From NCBI GenBank assembly GCA_905178155.1, contig CAJINV010000019.1, positions 182,965-246,964 of the forward strand: a stretch of 64,000 nucleotides of DNA, read 5' to 3'. A program made the position numbers and the translations under genes. Position 1 is the stretch's first letter. Every line of letters starts with the position of its first letter. The notes below the pieces were generated by a model, which was not told where the DNA came from, searched no databases, and saw nothing but the letters and a program-made list of their open reading frames with translations. Origin of the DNA: Amoebophrya sp. A120. Its lineage: Eukaryota; Protista; Dinoflagellata. Positions 24,849 through 37,716 of this stretch are shown here, one piece after another.

Positions 24849-27800
24849 TCACATGATGACACAGCTGCAGGGCTGCGCATTTCCTTTTCGTTTCCCTCCA
24901 CCCCCTGCTGTGGCATCATCGTAGTTGTCGAATTGGTCCCGCTCCCAATTTTCGCCTGGCTGGGGCTCCCAGCCGTAGCCCTCACTTGATTCGGATTCCC
25001 CTTTTCTCTTGCCATACGCAGACCAGTGCTCGCGCTCGTAGCTCATGTCCTTTCTTCTAGACGGAGACTTGATAAAGTCCTTCCGGTATCAACTGCAAAT
25101 ATGTCTGGGTCTGGAAAGTTGTGATGCAGGTCACTGAATAATAACCACACTGTAATGCGCCCCCAAGCATGACGACTTCTGTGTATGTGTTGCGTATTCC
25201 GCATGAGAAACTGCGTGTTTGCATGACAGGCAAGAGGAGCTCCTGGTTGCCACGCAGTACAGATACCAGAGTCATGCCAGACTAGCATGACAAATCTCGC
25301 AATGTCCCAGACCCAGACATTTTTGCAATCCATATCCGGTGCTCGTACGTCGCCATCTTCAACGGGGAGCCGTGGCAGTGCCCGCACACCGTGGCGGCGC
25401 CGAAGGACCAATCGAAGTCTTCCCACTGCAGGAAGAACACGCCGTCGTCCGACTTCACAAAGCTGTTGTGAGGGTTTTTTTTTGGTGAGATAGTAAAATC
25501 CTTTCAGAATCATAGTGTTGTTCTTATAGTTGGAACAAGAGAAACAACACGAACTGCGATTCATCTACTCTGAAGGACGACGAGGCAGGATCCAGAAAGA
25601 CCGATTTTTTTGTTTTGTTTCTCGTCATGAATCTCTTATTTGCAGCATGCGTGGATTCTTTTTCTTGTTTTGTTTCCACTTCCCCACGATAATGCTAATG
25701 GCTCTTTGACATGGATAGTAGCAGCGCACAAAGGTTTTTCTTGTGTTCGTAGACCGACCGCTTGCTTGCTCTTTTTGGTCCTAGCGATAAATCTGACTTC
25801 TGATCGGTTGGTTCCGAAGGACTGAACTGCAGGGCCAGCAGATAGCAGAGGTAATAGAGGTAGCGATAGCCATATTAGGTCGTTCACAAAACGCGCAACT
25901 TCCTATGTATTCAATAGCTCTATCTTACAGTACGGGGCAACAGTAGTGCGTCGGGTTCATTTGGAAGCGAGGATGAGATGGTGCTAAGAAAGGCTTCTTA
26001 TTTCGGGCCGAGAGAGAGTACAAATTCGCCGCTTCATCTTCAGTTGGAGGTGGTGGTCAATGGGCTCAAAGGCGGAAAAGAATGGCACCAAGGGAAATGG
26101 GACAAGTATTAACGGGATGAAGTTAATATCATCTGCGGAGATGAGAATCCATCGCAGAACATGCGGGATAACGCCGTGGACAGGACCTTTCATCCTCCTC
26201 CGTGGCGCCACATCTACTTGGCCTCACTGTGGTCGGCGGGGCGATGATCATGCCGTTGATGGTACTTTCCGGCTTTTGAAGTAAAAGGAATTATTGCGGA
26301 AACAGGAGAGGACGCGAGGGTGACAAGAATAACTCAAGGGATGTCGGCTGGAAATAGTACGAAGGAAGCAACAACGCGAGCACGAAGAAGTGGCGGCCGA
26401 TTCAGACTTGAGTTCGATATATATCACATCTACATCATGCATAGAGGGACACCTCCACGCGTTTTCATTTCTTTTCCCATGATATATGATCACGATTTTC
26501 GTGCTGCTGAAAACTCTCATCTCGGTCAGAATATTGATGTTAGCGGCTCTTTCAATTATACAGACATGCTTTTGATTTGCTCCTTGTCATTAGCGATTGA
26601 AGATCTATCACCCTGAAGATCGGCTTTTGCGTATAAAATTTCCATAGGCAACCGTGATAGAGGTATCCGGAAAAAAAAGCATCCTTCCATTCCTTGCAGT
26701 TTTTTGTAGAATTACACCGAACTTCGAAGGTCAAGCGCTATGCTAATCTTGGGCTTTCTTGATGTAGTACAAGTGTGACAGCAGGATGAGGACCTACAGC
26801 TAGACACCAATCATGGCATGTAAATGCATACCAGCAGCTACAAAAGCTCGTCGCTTAAGTTCAGGATCAGCTGTTAGCGCGTCAGAAGATTCTGCTGGTG
26901 GTAGGGAGCTGCAAGAATTCTGCTCCATCTTAGCCCGGCTCCAGCAAATCTGCGCCCAGTCTCCGCCGGGCAGCACCACCCGTGCTTGCAGCATGACCGA
27001 CGCAGCGCGGCCAAGCGGATGAAAAGCAGGTCAGAATTATCTTCAAGACAAACCAGAAGCGAGGGAAGGTGGGAATAAAGGCTCTGGCAGAAATAATCCA
27101 CCGACGTAGTGGAGTGCTGGCCCCAGACGGAAGCAGAAGCGGAAGGGCTGCTGAGGGTGCGTACTGGGACTCCGGGACTGGACTACAACTCGTCTGGGTC
27201 TGCAAACAATCAGCGAAGTTGTAGCGCATCTAATGCGTCTTTCTTTGATCGATCTTCGAGTTGTGATATTGATCAGGAAGCTATAGTTTTTTCTTCGTTA
27301 ATTTACAGCTGGTGTTGAGCTTATCCGAGCGCTATAATGTAGCACATAGCTAAATAAGCACTGTAAGCATGATAAATTTTCTAGCTGCGCCAGGTTTCAT
27401 TGGTGCTGACGTTTCTCCTGCCACAACAATGGCACACGAAGAGCGAGTTCCTACTGTAAGTTGAAGGTCTTATATTGCATACTAGTTGTGTCATGCGAAC
27501 TGACGATGTCATTAGTACTAGTGGGCACGGCCGTATTAGAAGATAGGAGCAAGGTTGCATTTATTTCGTCTCAGTTTCCTCGAGCACCCTAAATCGGCGT
27601 GGCCGTGGGGATATTATCTTCTATGCCGTGTTGCAATACAAATTCCGAGTCCCCAATTTAGCACTATCTTTTTTTCGTTCATGCAACACGCCATTGATTA
27701 ATTAAAACTTCCCCTATGTACGTTACTTTCAGCTGTACTTGTGGACTAGCATCTTCATCCTGCCACCCTATTAATTTACACCTGTTACAACTTCTCTTTC

Positions 27801-30800
27801 CGAAGCCCCGCATTGTAAGTAGTGCCGCTGGCTGCAACATATTACGACCTCTACAAGAACCAGAGAGCTTCAGCCCTGCAGTTGCAGTTCATTCCATTTC
27901 CAGCATTGATTTCCAAAAACATAAGTCAAGCGCTACACTTTCCTTTCTCCTGATGTAATCTTCACGAGTACGTAGTGCAACGGTTGGTTTTATTCTAGAA
28001 TTCGCCTGCGTAGCGCTCCACCCAGCGGCCAGCGAATAGAATCTTCACGAAGAAGAAGAACGGCATCATGCCAGCTTCTAAGTAGAGACCACATTCATCA
28101 CTAAAGCAAACAAATGACAATAAAGAGTAGAGAAACCAAATCAAAATAAACAATAAGTACTTGAGCGCCTTGGCAATCTCGGGGTAGTAGTCCCAGACCG
28201 CGCTCTGATCGGCCCAGAGTCCCGTCCATTCCCCGTGCCCCCAGGGATTTCGGATTTTCACGAACTTCGCGCGGGTACCGCCCTTCAGCCAGTACTGCCC
28301 CGCCGGGCACTTTTCGTACATTTTCGCGGTGTCCGCGTGTCCGGCCATCTTCCGGATCATGGAGCCCTGCACCTGGTTTGGCTGTTTGAAGCTGATGGTG
28401 TCCTATGCATTGCAAAAATGTCTGGGTCTGGAAGAATGCAACTTGTCATGCTAAATCTGAAACATGCAAAAATCTGTGTTGCATGATTACCAATAAAGCT
28501 GTTCACTTTTGAGAAGGCCGAGAGACAGTTTCTCATGCGGAAAAGGCATGGTAAAGATCTCACAAAATCTGTGACGCTAGGGCATGCATCACAGACCTCA
28601 CACGTCATGCAAAACGTGCATGACAAACCTGGCAATCTTCCAGACCCAGACATTTTTGCATTTGATATGTCCCCGTTGCGCACGCTCAGCACCTCGTCCG
28701 GAAGAAAATTCTTCCCGCTCGTGGGCGTTTCGTAACACCTATCCACAGTAAATTTCCCGTACACGTACAAAGAAATGCGGTCTCTGCATGACAAAACTGG
28801 GCTCCGATCCTAGTCTAGCATGACAAGTGTTACACGGGAAATTGGTGAAATTTGTGATGCATTTTGTACATGTACAGGAAATTTGTATTTTTGCATAACA
28901 CCACTTCAGCTTCCCGTGGTTGCCCTCCAGCTTGAAGTCGTAACTCTTCATGGTCTTCTGCATCACCGTGCCCCGCCACTTCGTGGGGGTCTCCTCCGAG
29001 TAGTGCCGGAACCGAATCGGGCACCCGGTCTCGTTGACGAGGTGCAGGACCTTTTCGTTTTCCCGCTCCTGCGCGGAGATGGGGGTTTTCGTATGCATTG
29101 CAAATGTGTCTGGGTCGGGAAGGATGCAAAGTTTGCCATGCTTGTCTGGCATGACTGAAGAGTTTGTCATGCGTGTGCCAGAAGAGACCCTTTGACTTGT
29201 CATGCAAAAACGCAACGTGTCATGTGGAGAGCGCTACACTGAGCCGCGCAACTATTTCTCATGTTGCTTGGCTGATGTGCATTACAGAGCATTCACGATT
29301 CACAACTCGGCATTACAAGTTTCCAGACATCCAGGGATATTTGCAATGCATATTTTGCAAAGTCCTGCAAAAACTGCACGTAGCCGTCCCGGCCCCCGCG
29401 GGGCATCTCCATATCCCGCACGTCTAAGATGGAAAACACGTATCCTGAGTAAAAACGTCCCCACCCCAGAGTCACGTTGGTAAATCTGCAACACAAATCT
29501 CCAAGGTTTGGAAATTGTGCATGACAAGTTCTTTCCATCTGCAGTGTAGTGCTGTTTAGCAAGGGGAGCGCATGATAAATTCATTTTCTCATCGTGTTTA
29601 CTTACAGCATTACAGATTCCAAAACACGACTGGAAAGAACGCGTCTCATGGAGATGCGCATTACAAATGTAGTTCCTGTAGTCGCAAATCTGCATGACAA
29701 CTCTAGGGTGGGACGTTTTTACTCAAGATAACACGTGCCCGGGGATCAGCCCGTCCTTTCCCTCGCAGCCCGAGGTGGTCATCAGGAAATTTCGGCCGCG
29801 GAAGTCCAGCATCTTTTCCACCGTCATCTGCGGCTCCAGGATCTGGTTGTTGGGGTTGCTGTGCCGTTTCGAAGTTTCCAGCTCGTAAATCTCGGAGCCG
29901 GCCGTGAGGGCCTCCATCGCCTTGGTGGACCCGATGGGCGTGATGATGTTTTGCATCCCGCCCCGGAGGTTTTGGTAGCACCCCGCCCACTTCGCGAACG
30001 CCTTCTCGATCAGGACCGGCCAGAGCTCGCCCTGGGTGGCGGAGGAAACAAACTTCGGATTGGCGATGTTGCCCCGGTCGACCGGAATGCGGTCGTCGAG
30101 CAGCAGCCACCGGATCTGTATCCTGTGCAAAAGTATCGCACTCGTAGTAATTGCAATCATGCATTACAAATTTTTTTCTGAAGCTAAATCCGCATTACAA
30201 ATGGTATTTCTCATGCTCACGAAATTTGTAATGCATTTATACGATTACGAGTACGATACTTTGGCAATGCATAATCTGCCCCTCGACGACAATGCGAAAC
30301 GTGAACACCCCGAACTCCGGCACGTGCGTGATGGCCCGCTTCACGAACTCCGGGTCTTCGCGGTACGCGCACGCGGCCAGGATGGACGTGAGCCAGCAAT
30401 CGCCCACGTTGTGCTGTCGGATGTCCGTCTCGTGGACGCCGTCCGGCGCAATCAAAAACTCCGGGTGCGATATGTCCGGGTTGTTGGCGATCCGGGACTT
30501 CAGGATCCAGGGTCTCCGCCAGTCGGTGGCGTCGCAAACCTTCCCGTACCCGTTGTCTCCGTCCGGGTCGCATTCCGAGCAAATCACTTTCCGGTCGAAC
30601 GGGCCGTCGAAATTCAGATCCACAAAAAGCGTCGCGTCCTCGTGGATCAACTCTTTCACTTCGCTCGTGCGCAACTGCAGGTCCTTCCCCACGGAATCAA
30701 TCTGCTTCGCCGTTGCCTGGGTTTGCTCCTGCCGCACCTCGTTTTTACTCACCTCGCTCATCGCTTTAAAGTGCTGTTTCGCGATCACCGCGGTGATATA

Positions 30801-33800
30801 GCGCGCCTCCTCGACCGCAATATCGGAGTTGAAAGAATCCCGTTGGTGCTCACCCTCGAAGAAAGGACCACGGCGGAGGTGCTCCTGTGGGGCGGATGAG
30901 AAATTTGAATTTTTTATTTTCGATGTAGTAAACATGAAGTTGACCACCCCACGTCGATTCATGCTAGTTGTAATAGGCCGCCGTCATTTGTTCCCATTGT
31001 AGGGACCGCTGGTGCACGTCAAACACATAAACTATCATGCGGGGACTACTTCGAATGCTTTTGCTTGCATGTTTGTCGTGGTACCTATAGACACTTTTTT
31101 TCATACACTATGTCGACAGTGCTTAAGTTGTACATGGTACGTAGTGAAGCTGAAGATATTGAAGACTCATCAAACAATACAAGGTTTATCAAAGACAGTA
31201 AGTACAACTAAATACCCTCCTCCTCTCGTCCCGCGCGCGCTTGTCGATAGCATTCTGTACTTTCTCGTCCCGGTCTCCGTCGTCCGAGGAAGGGCTACTG
31301 TGAGAGGAAGTTGTCTCTACTTCACTGGCCATGTCCGCTTGCTGTTGTTCGCCCTCAAACTGCATCTGGACTTGTTCCGGCGCCGCTTCCTCCCCCTCCT
31401 GGGAATGTCTCAAGTGCACCGATATCAAATGCAAAAATGTCTGGGTCTGGAATGTTGCCGGGTTTGTCATGCATATTGTGCACCTAGACCAAACTACATG
31501 CATATTTTGCATGACCCAGGACGTCTGTAATGCATGGCCTAGCGTCACAGATTTTCAGAGGGCTTCCTGATGCCTATTCCGCATGACAAATACCCTCCCC
31601 GCGTAGCACAAACTAGACCCCTCTTGCTGATCATGCAATACAGATTTTTTTAGTGTCCAAAGTTAGCATCACAAGCTTCAACCTTGCAGACCCAGACATT
31701 TTTGTACTTGATAACCGACCTTCGCATCCCCGCTTTGTGGTTGGAGATCCGCGTCTATCCTGTGCAAAAGTATCGTACTCGTAGTAACCGCAGTCATGCA
31801 TTACAAATCTCCATCCTAAGGCAAAACAGCATGACAAATACCATTTGTCATGCTGAGCCAATTTGTAATGCGGTTACTACTAGTGCGATACTTTTGCAAG
31901 GCATAGCGTCCGCACCGAGGAGCCCTCCATGTTGGTCACCTTCTTCACCGCTTTTAGTGGGACCTCCTCGGCTATCAAATGCAAAAATGTCTGGGTCTGG
32001 AAGATTGGAAGATTTGTCATGCACATCTGACATGAGCCATAAAGGCTGTGATGTATGCCCTAGCATCAAAGATGTTCTGAGTGCTTCTTGATGCATATCC
32101 TGCATGAGAAATCAATGCCCTCTCTCCACGTCGCAAAAACTGGAGTCCTATTGCCTGTCATGCAACACACATTTTTTTTTATTTTTTAGAATCCAACAAT
32201 AGCATTACAAGTTGCATCCTTCCAGACCCAGACATTTTTACATTTGATATCGGCGTGCCCGTGCTTGTGGACCGCGGACACGCGTTTGTAGACCTCGACC
32301 TGCGTGCCCCGGCGGTCCTTCTCCAAGTCGGAACCCGGAAAATTCATGCTGTTGTCGTACTCCACGTGCGAACCCAGAATGGAGTCCGCTTCCTCGCTAG
32401 TTGGCAAAGAGCCGTATGCATTGCAAAAATGTCTGGGTCTAGAAACTTGTGATGCAAATCTACGAACAATGAATCTTCAATTGTGGGCGCGCTGCAATAT
32501 GCAGCCCAGCATGACAAGTTTTTCAACTGCTGTGTGTTTCGTTTTTCGCATGACAAACTGCGTTTTTGCATGACAGGCAAGAGGCCCTTTGCCTGCTCAT
32601 GCATCACAGATTTAAGAGTCATGCCCGACAAGCATGCCAAACCTTGCATCCTTCCAGACCCAGACATATTTGCATTTGATAAGCCATACTGGCTGACGAT
32701 CTCCTCCGGAATGACCCCCTTCAACAGGTTCCGGACGGCTTTCTGGATCTCGATGATCCGCGGCAGCGGGTCCTTGGTGTAGAAAATTGGGCCGGTGTGC
32801 TTAATATGCAATACAAATATCCCTGGACGTGGACGTCTCAGCGGAAGGATGAACCTGTATTGCGAGTCTCGCATTCCTGAAAAATCTGTATTGCATCATC
32901 TTCCTGAGTAACAAAAGTTCTCGCAGTCTCTCTTGTGGTCATGTTGCAAAAAGGCAGCTTCTCATGCAGACTGTGTATGAGCGGAGAAAGCGTAGTTCTG
33001 CAAATTTGTCATGGAGTATCCTGCATTTGGAAGTAGAGCTCTCATCAACATCATACACAGCTTAGCATCACAAATTTCCAGACCCAGGTTTCGATATTTG
33101 CAATGCATAATTCGAGTAGCCGTTCAGGTCCGTAATGGGGGCTTCCATCACGATCCGGGTTAAGGGGCACACGCGGGCTATGGAAGTGTAAGAATCGAAA
33201 TTGACAAAGTCGAAAAATTTGTGATGCACAAGATCGATACCAGTCGCGGCCTCAGGAGTTTTCAAGTGGCGCATGACAAATTTTGAGAGCAACAAAATCC
33301 GTCTGTCATGCTGTTTGGGTAAAGAAGACTGCTCCTGTCATGCTACTCTGGCAACACATTGCATACCCCTAAACAGGCCTGCAATCGGTCTCACTTGCCT
33401 GCTCCCCAATACAGGCCTACGGTGCCCTACATTTTATGCATCGCAAATTTTTCGACTTTGTCGATTTCGATCCTGACACATCCATACGGGTTTCGCGCTG
33501 GAGCCGCTCCAGGAGCGACAACCGGCGGAAGCAGTCCGTTGCCTATCCTGTGCAAAAGTATCGTACTCGTAGTAATCGCAGTCATGCATCACAAATCTCC
33601 ATCCCAAGGCAAAACAGCATGACAAATTTCGTTTGTCATCCTGAGCCAAGAATTTGTAATGCGATTACTACTAGTACGATACTTTTGCAGTGCATATTGC
33701 CGAGTACCAGCCCATTTCCATCGGGAGCTTCCCGCGCCGGCGGTTGCCGTCCAGCATGTAAAATTCGTCGAAAAAGACGTAGGACTGCGGGTTTCCCTCC

Positions 33801-34222
33801 TCTCCGTTCTTCGCCATCCGCTTGCCATCAGGCGCGACCACGCGCAACTCCTTCACCTCGCCCGCCACATACTCGGGCTGGTTTCGCGCGGTGGACCGGG
33901 TCCGCAGCCAGCACTCCTTGCCGCGGTCGGAGATCTCCGCGCCTGCGTGGATGTTCTCAATGTCCACCTTTTTGGTGGCCGTGGGGTTGCTGGCCGGCGC
34001 GGCCTCGAAGGTGGTGGCTTTCCCGAGCTGGATTTTTCGGGCCTTAATATCCAGGTAAAGCTGGTTCACCGACCTTATCGGCTGCTTGTTCACGTACAGC
34101 ACGCCCTCGTAAGCGGCATCCTGGCCCGGGATCTCGATCAAACAGGAAGTCTGCGGGTTGTTGTTCTTCAGCCGCTCCCCGATGCGGGCCGCGTGCGTGA
34201 AGGTGATCTCTCCGAACGGCAT
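24849..34222 (-). CDS. Calpain-like cysteine protease (peptidase C2/CysPc), paralog 1, C-terminal CAAX (CVIM)
   Basis: Catalytic motifs QHNVGDCWL (Cys), GELWPVLIEKAFAK, GLIPGHV|FSILDV (His), KIRNPWGHGEW (Asn), DDGVFFLQWEDF. 13 introners plus GT-AG introns 25463-28160 and 30885-31215. ATG at 34222. Confidence 0.88.
25087..25334. mobile_element. Introner family A
   Basis: TSD TCCGG; excision restores ..TYEHRKDF.. Confidence 0.93.
28404..28667. mobile_element. Introner family A
   Basis: TSD TGTCC. Confidence 0.93.
28740..28897. mobile_element. Introner family F (TIR TAT..AAATTTCCYGTACAYGTACAAA)
   Basis: TSD ACACC. Confidence 0.88.
29092..29352. mobile_element. Introner, A/G hybrid ends
   Basis: Left A-type TIR, right G-type TIR; TSD TTTCG/TTTTG. 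Confidence 0.88.
29441..29730. mobile_element. Introner family D, just after the calpain catalytic His codon
   Basis: TSD ACACG; excision restores GHVFSILDV. Confidence 0.93.
30119..30273. mobile_element. Introner family B
   Basis: TSD ATCTG. Confidence 0.93.
31423..31713. mobile_element. Introner family A
   Basis: TSD ACCGA. Confidence 0.92.
31756..31905. mobile_element. Introner family B
   Basis: TSD GCGTC. Confidence 0.93.
31973..32249. mobile_element. Introner family A
   Basis: TSD TCGGC. Confidence 0.93.
32415..32681. mobile_element. Introner family A
   Basis: TSD AGCCG/AGCCA. Confidence 0.92.
32805..33109. mobile_element. Introner, decayed G/A-like
   Basis: TAT..ATA ends with AAATATCCCTGG arm; TSD decayed. 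Confidence 0.75.
33179..33486. mobile_element. Introner family H (TIR consensus TATGGRAGTGTCAGRATYGAAAT..CAAAGT)
   Basis: TSD CGGGC/CGGGT; near copy at 55081. Confidence 0.92.
33544..33696. mobile_element. Introner family B
   Basis: TSD TTGCC. Confidence 0.93.
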
Positions 34223-35558
34223 ATTTGATTATTATTTGTGTTGCACAAGAAGGATGAATGTATATATTTGTGCTGTTGCAGAATCCACTAATCGAATATG
34301 TTCCGTAACTCGTAGAACGACGCGAGCGAAACGATTACCAGATACTGCAGGAGAACCATGATGTTGCGGGAGGATAAAAAATCACTTAGACGTCGTGATT
34401 CAGCATAATATATGTGGGGAAAAATAACATTGAATTACTGGGTGGGTATTCGTATTACACTGTTGTCGTCACTTTGAAATGAGCGATACAGGTTCTTGTA
34501 GATACATAGTGCTTTACTTCACGACATCAAACAACATTTGTTCATCCAAGCGCACGAACGACGGCAAGAAATGACACGACCTTCACCTTCAGGACAGTGA
34601 AAGGGTGCGATAATCGTGTTGTCCTCTTCTTCGTACGATGCAGAAGCTGAATAGCTGGAATTATGATACTTATACACAAAACTTGTGAACGAACCGAGCA
34701 CATTTTCCAGATGGGATATTCATCCACAGAGTCCTTGACTCCACCGACTGTAAAATCCGTGGGCAAAACAAGGCAAAACCGAAGTGTAACGGCGCCTGCT
34801 TCCCTCTTGAGCAGGCACGAGGCAACCGCAACGAAAATGCGGAGATAAAACAAAGTAAAACAAACCGAGGATGATTGGTAGAACCAGGTCGGGAGCCGAA
34901 AAACCGAGGCGAAAGGCCGGCGAGCGAAGAAATATGTCTTCGGACCGATAAAATCAAATGGCTTCGTTTTTAAGCGTGTACTGAAATTTTATACGAATGA
35001 AGACTAAAACCGATTCATTGGCGAATTTGAAACCGATAGTTCATCTCGAAGTGAGTTTGCTTTTGTAAGGACATCAACTACAACTAGTAGTGGTAGCATG
35101 ATAGGCAGAGACGACAGAATATTTTTGGTTTGTGGTCGAGAAGCTTACTTTCACAATTCCTCTCCACAAGCAGCTGGCTTCTTGCATTTGGCAGCTGGCT
35201 TCCTGCATTTTCTGAGTGAAAAGCTCAAGTTCTTGTTCCCATTCTTGTTTGGGATTCTTGGTGCTCTTGGGAGGACAAGAAGGGGACAAGAAGACGAGAA
35301 TTTGATCCGGTGTCTTCGTGTTGCTTGACTCAACATGGTTGTACAGCGCGAACTGAATGCAACATGGGTGGTAGAACCAACTACAACATATGATCTTCAG
35401 GGAAAATAGAACTAGAAGCGGGTAAGCTGTACGTAAGAACTTCGAGATACAACGCTAGAAGGTTTGCTTTGATGATTCCAATGTATTCGTTCGAAACAGC
35501 AGCTCAGCGCTAGAATACACGGCGAGTACTACGCCAAAATACTTCAACTTCATCTTGC

Positions 35559-37716
35559 TCAACGCATCTTCACCCTGGGGGGTAGTTCCGTGGTCAATTT
35601 TTGCGCGACCGGAACTACCTTCTGTCCATCACCGCTTTCCTTTCCCTCCCGTGGGTCGTGGTCAACATGAATATGATCCGTTTTCTTGTAAAGCTCGTCA
35701 CCGTGATAGTAGGCATCCCAGGCCCCCTCTCCGGCCTGCGCCGCTTTGCCATCTGGAAACTGGATCGCGTCTGCATGGGCGTGCTGGGAATCGGATTCCT
35801 CCCAGATGCGGTCGACAACGTGGTCCACATCATGATGAATTTTGTGCCACAAGTCGTTGTTTTTGTCGAGCAAGTCCGCTTGAAGCCCGTCGGTGGCGGT
35901 GTGCACGGTGTCCAGCAGGATTCCCATATCAACTGTAAAAATGTCTGGGTCTGGCAATTCTGAGACTTGTCATGCACTTCGCAATGCCTATTCCGCATGA
36001 CAAATTCCCTCTCCGCGTAGCAAAAATTGCATTCCCTTTGCTGCTCATGCAATACAGATTTTGTTGGAATCCAAATTCAGCATCACAAGTTGCATTCTTC
36101 CAGACCCAGACATTTTTACATTTGATATCCCATTCCCTCCAGCAACTTGTCCGTTTCGCGGTGCAGCTCCTCCGCCACGAGCTGGTATCAAATGTAAAAA
36201 TGTCTGGGTCTGGAAACTTGTGATGCTGGGTGGCGTCTAATGATGAGGCTACAGATGCTGGCTCAGCATGACAAGTTTCTGAGCTCCTAGGTGTTGCCTA
36301 TTCTGCATGACAAACTGCGCGTCTGCATCGCAGAAAAAGGGAGCCAGCTCTTGGGTAACGTGCATGACAGATTTAAGAGTCATGCCAGACAAGCATGACA
36401 GACATGACTTCTTCCAGACCCAGACATTTTTACAGTTGATAGCTGGGTCTGCGCTTCCATTTTCTGCTCCACCTCATTCACAGCCAGCAGCTGCAAATCG
36501 CCCAGCTGATCGCGCAAGTCGGACAGCATATTATTGGTACTACTAGTAGTTGTACCGGTGCCTGGCAGTGGCAGACCTGGTTGTACTTCTGCATCAGCCG
36601 GTGCCTCCTTCTCCTCCGCGGGCCTGGCCGTCCACGCCCGGGCCCAGTGTATGGGGGTGTCAGGATTGAAATCGTCAGAATTGAAAAGGCTTGTCATGCA
36701 TAAAATCTAAACCACTTGGACCCCCAGTTCCCAATCGGCGCATGACAAATTTTCCTGGCCTCTGAAGCAAGTCTGTCATGCTGTTTAGGGCAAGAGGGCT
36801 CCTCGCTGTGATGCTAGCCAGCAATCCAATTTATGACCCTTGCCAGCACTATTATATTCTGCTTCCTTTGCGTCCTCTGCAATAGAGTCAGTCTTTGTGT
36901 CGCAGTTTATGCATGAGAAATCATTTCAACTTTGTTGATTTCAAACGACCTGACACATCCATACAGTGTGCCGTCGTCGTCACGGTTTCGGTGGTGGACG
37001 TGGAGGTCACTGTAGTGCTGATGTTCTCCTCTGCAGTTGTTGTACCTCCAGGAGCTTCCGCGTAGTTCTTACCGAATCTCTTTTGGTACTCTGCAAGGAG
37101 CTATCAACTGCAAAAATGTCTGTGTCTGTGGAAGAATTCATGTTTGTCATGCTTGTCTGGCATGACTCTTAAATCTGTCATGCACGTTACCCAAGAGCTG
37201 CGTTTTTCTGTGATGCAGAAGCGGAGTTTGTCATGCGAAATAGGCAATACCTAGGAGCTCAGAAACTTGTCATGCGGGGCCAGCATTTGTGGCCTCATCA
37301 TGAGACGCCACCCAGCATCACAGGTTTCCAGACCCAGACATTTTTACTTTTGATAGGAGCTGGTCAGTCATCAGTTTCTCCTTCTCCTTCCTGGCGGTGT
37401 AGTCCAACACCTCCTGCTGGAGTTGTAGGTCAAGGTCCGGTTTTGCCGCTCCGTCCCCCTGGTCCTCTCCCCGCGTGTTTGTGGAAAAATTGTGCCGACC
37501 ACGACGACCGCGCAACAGACGCTGCCGCGTCCCCAACTCGAGAATCTTCTTCCCGGAAACAAGTGGTCCGAAGAGCTCGGAAGATTCTTGATGTACACTG
37601 AGCAGAACAAATTGTACGTGTACCGTGGCGGCAAGAAACGAGGTTTTATTTCCTCGGGCCTTGTTTCTAGTATGAATATTCATTTGCGGCGCCATGATGT
37701 TCATTTTCGTCTCCAT
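35559..37716 (-). CDS. Hypothetical protein with His/Asp-rich C-terminal exon, 4 introners
   Basis: Open exons separated by TSD-flanked elements at 35927, 36186, 36650 and 37102; stop at 35559; start position uncertain. Confidence 0.6.
35927..36127. mobile_element. Introner family A, internally deleted
   Basis: TSD TCCCA; 201 bp. Confidence 0.92.
36186..36441. mobile_element. Introner family A (A1)
   Basis: TSD GCTGG. Confidence 0.95.
36650..36963. mobile_element. Introner family H
   Basis: TSD CAGTG. Confidence 0.9.
37102..37355. mobile_element. Introner family A (A1)
   Basis: TSD GGAGC. Confidence 0.95.

Noticed and set aside
27183-27210. GTCTGGGTCTG match to the family-A TIR inside the long calpain intron
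   Set aside because: No partner arm, TAT end or TSD; at most a remnant or chance match.
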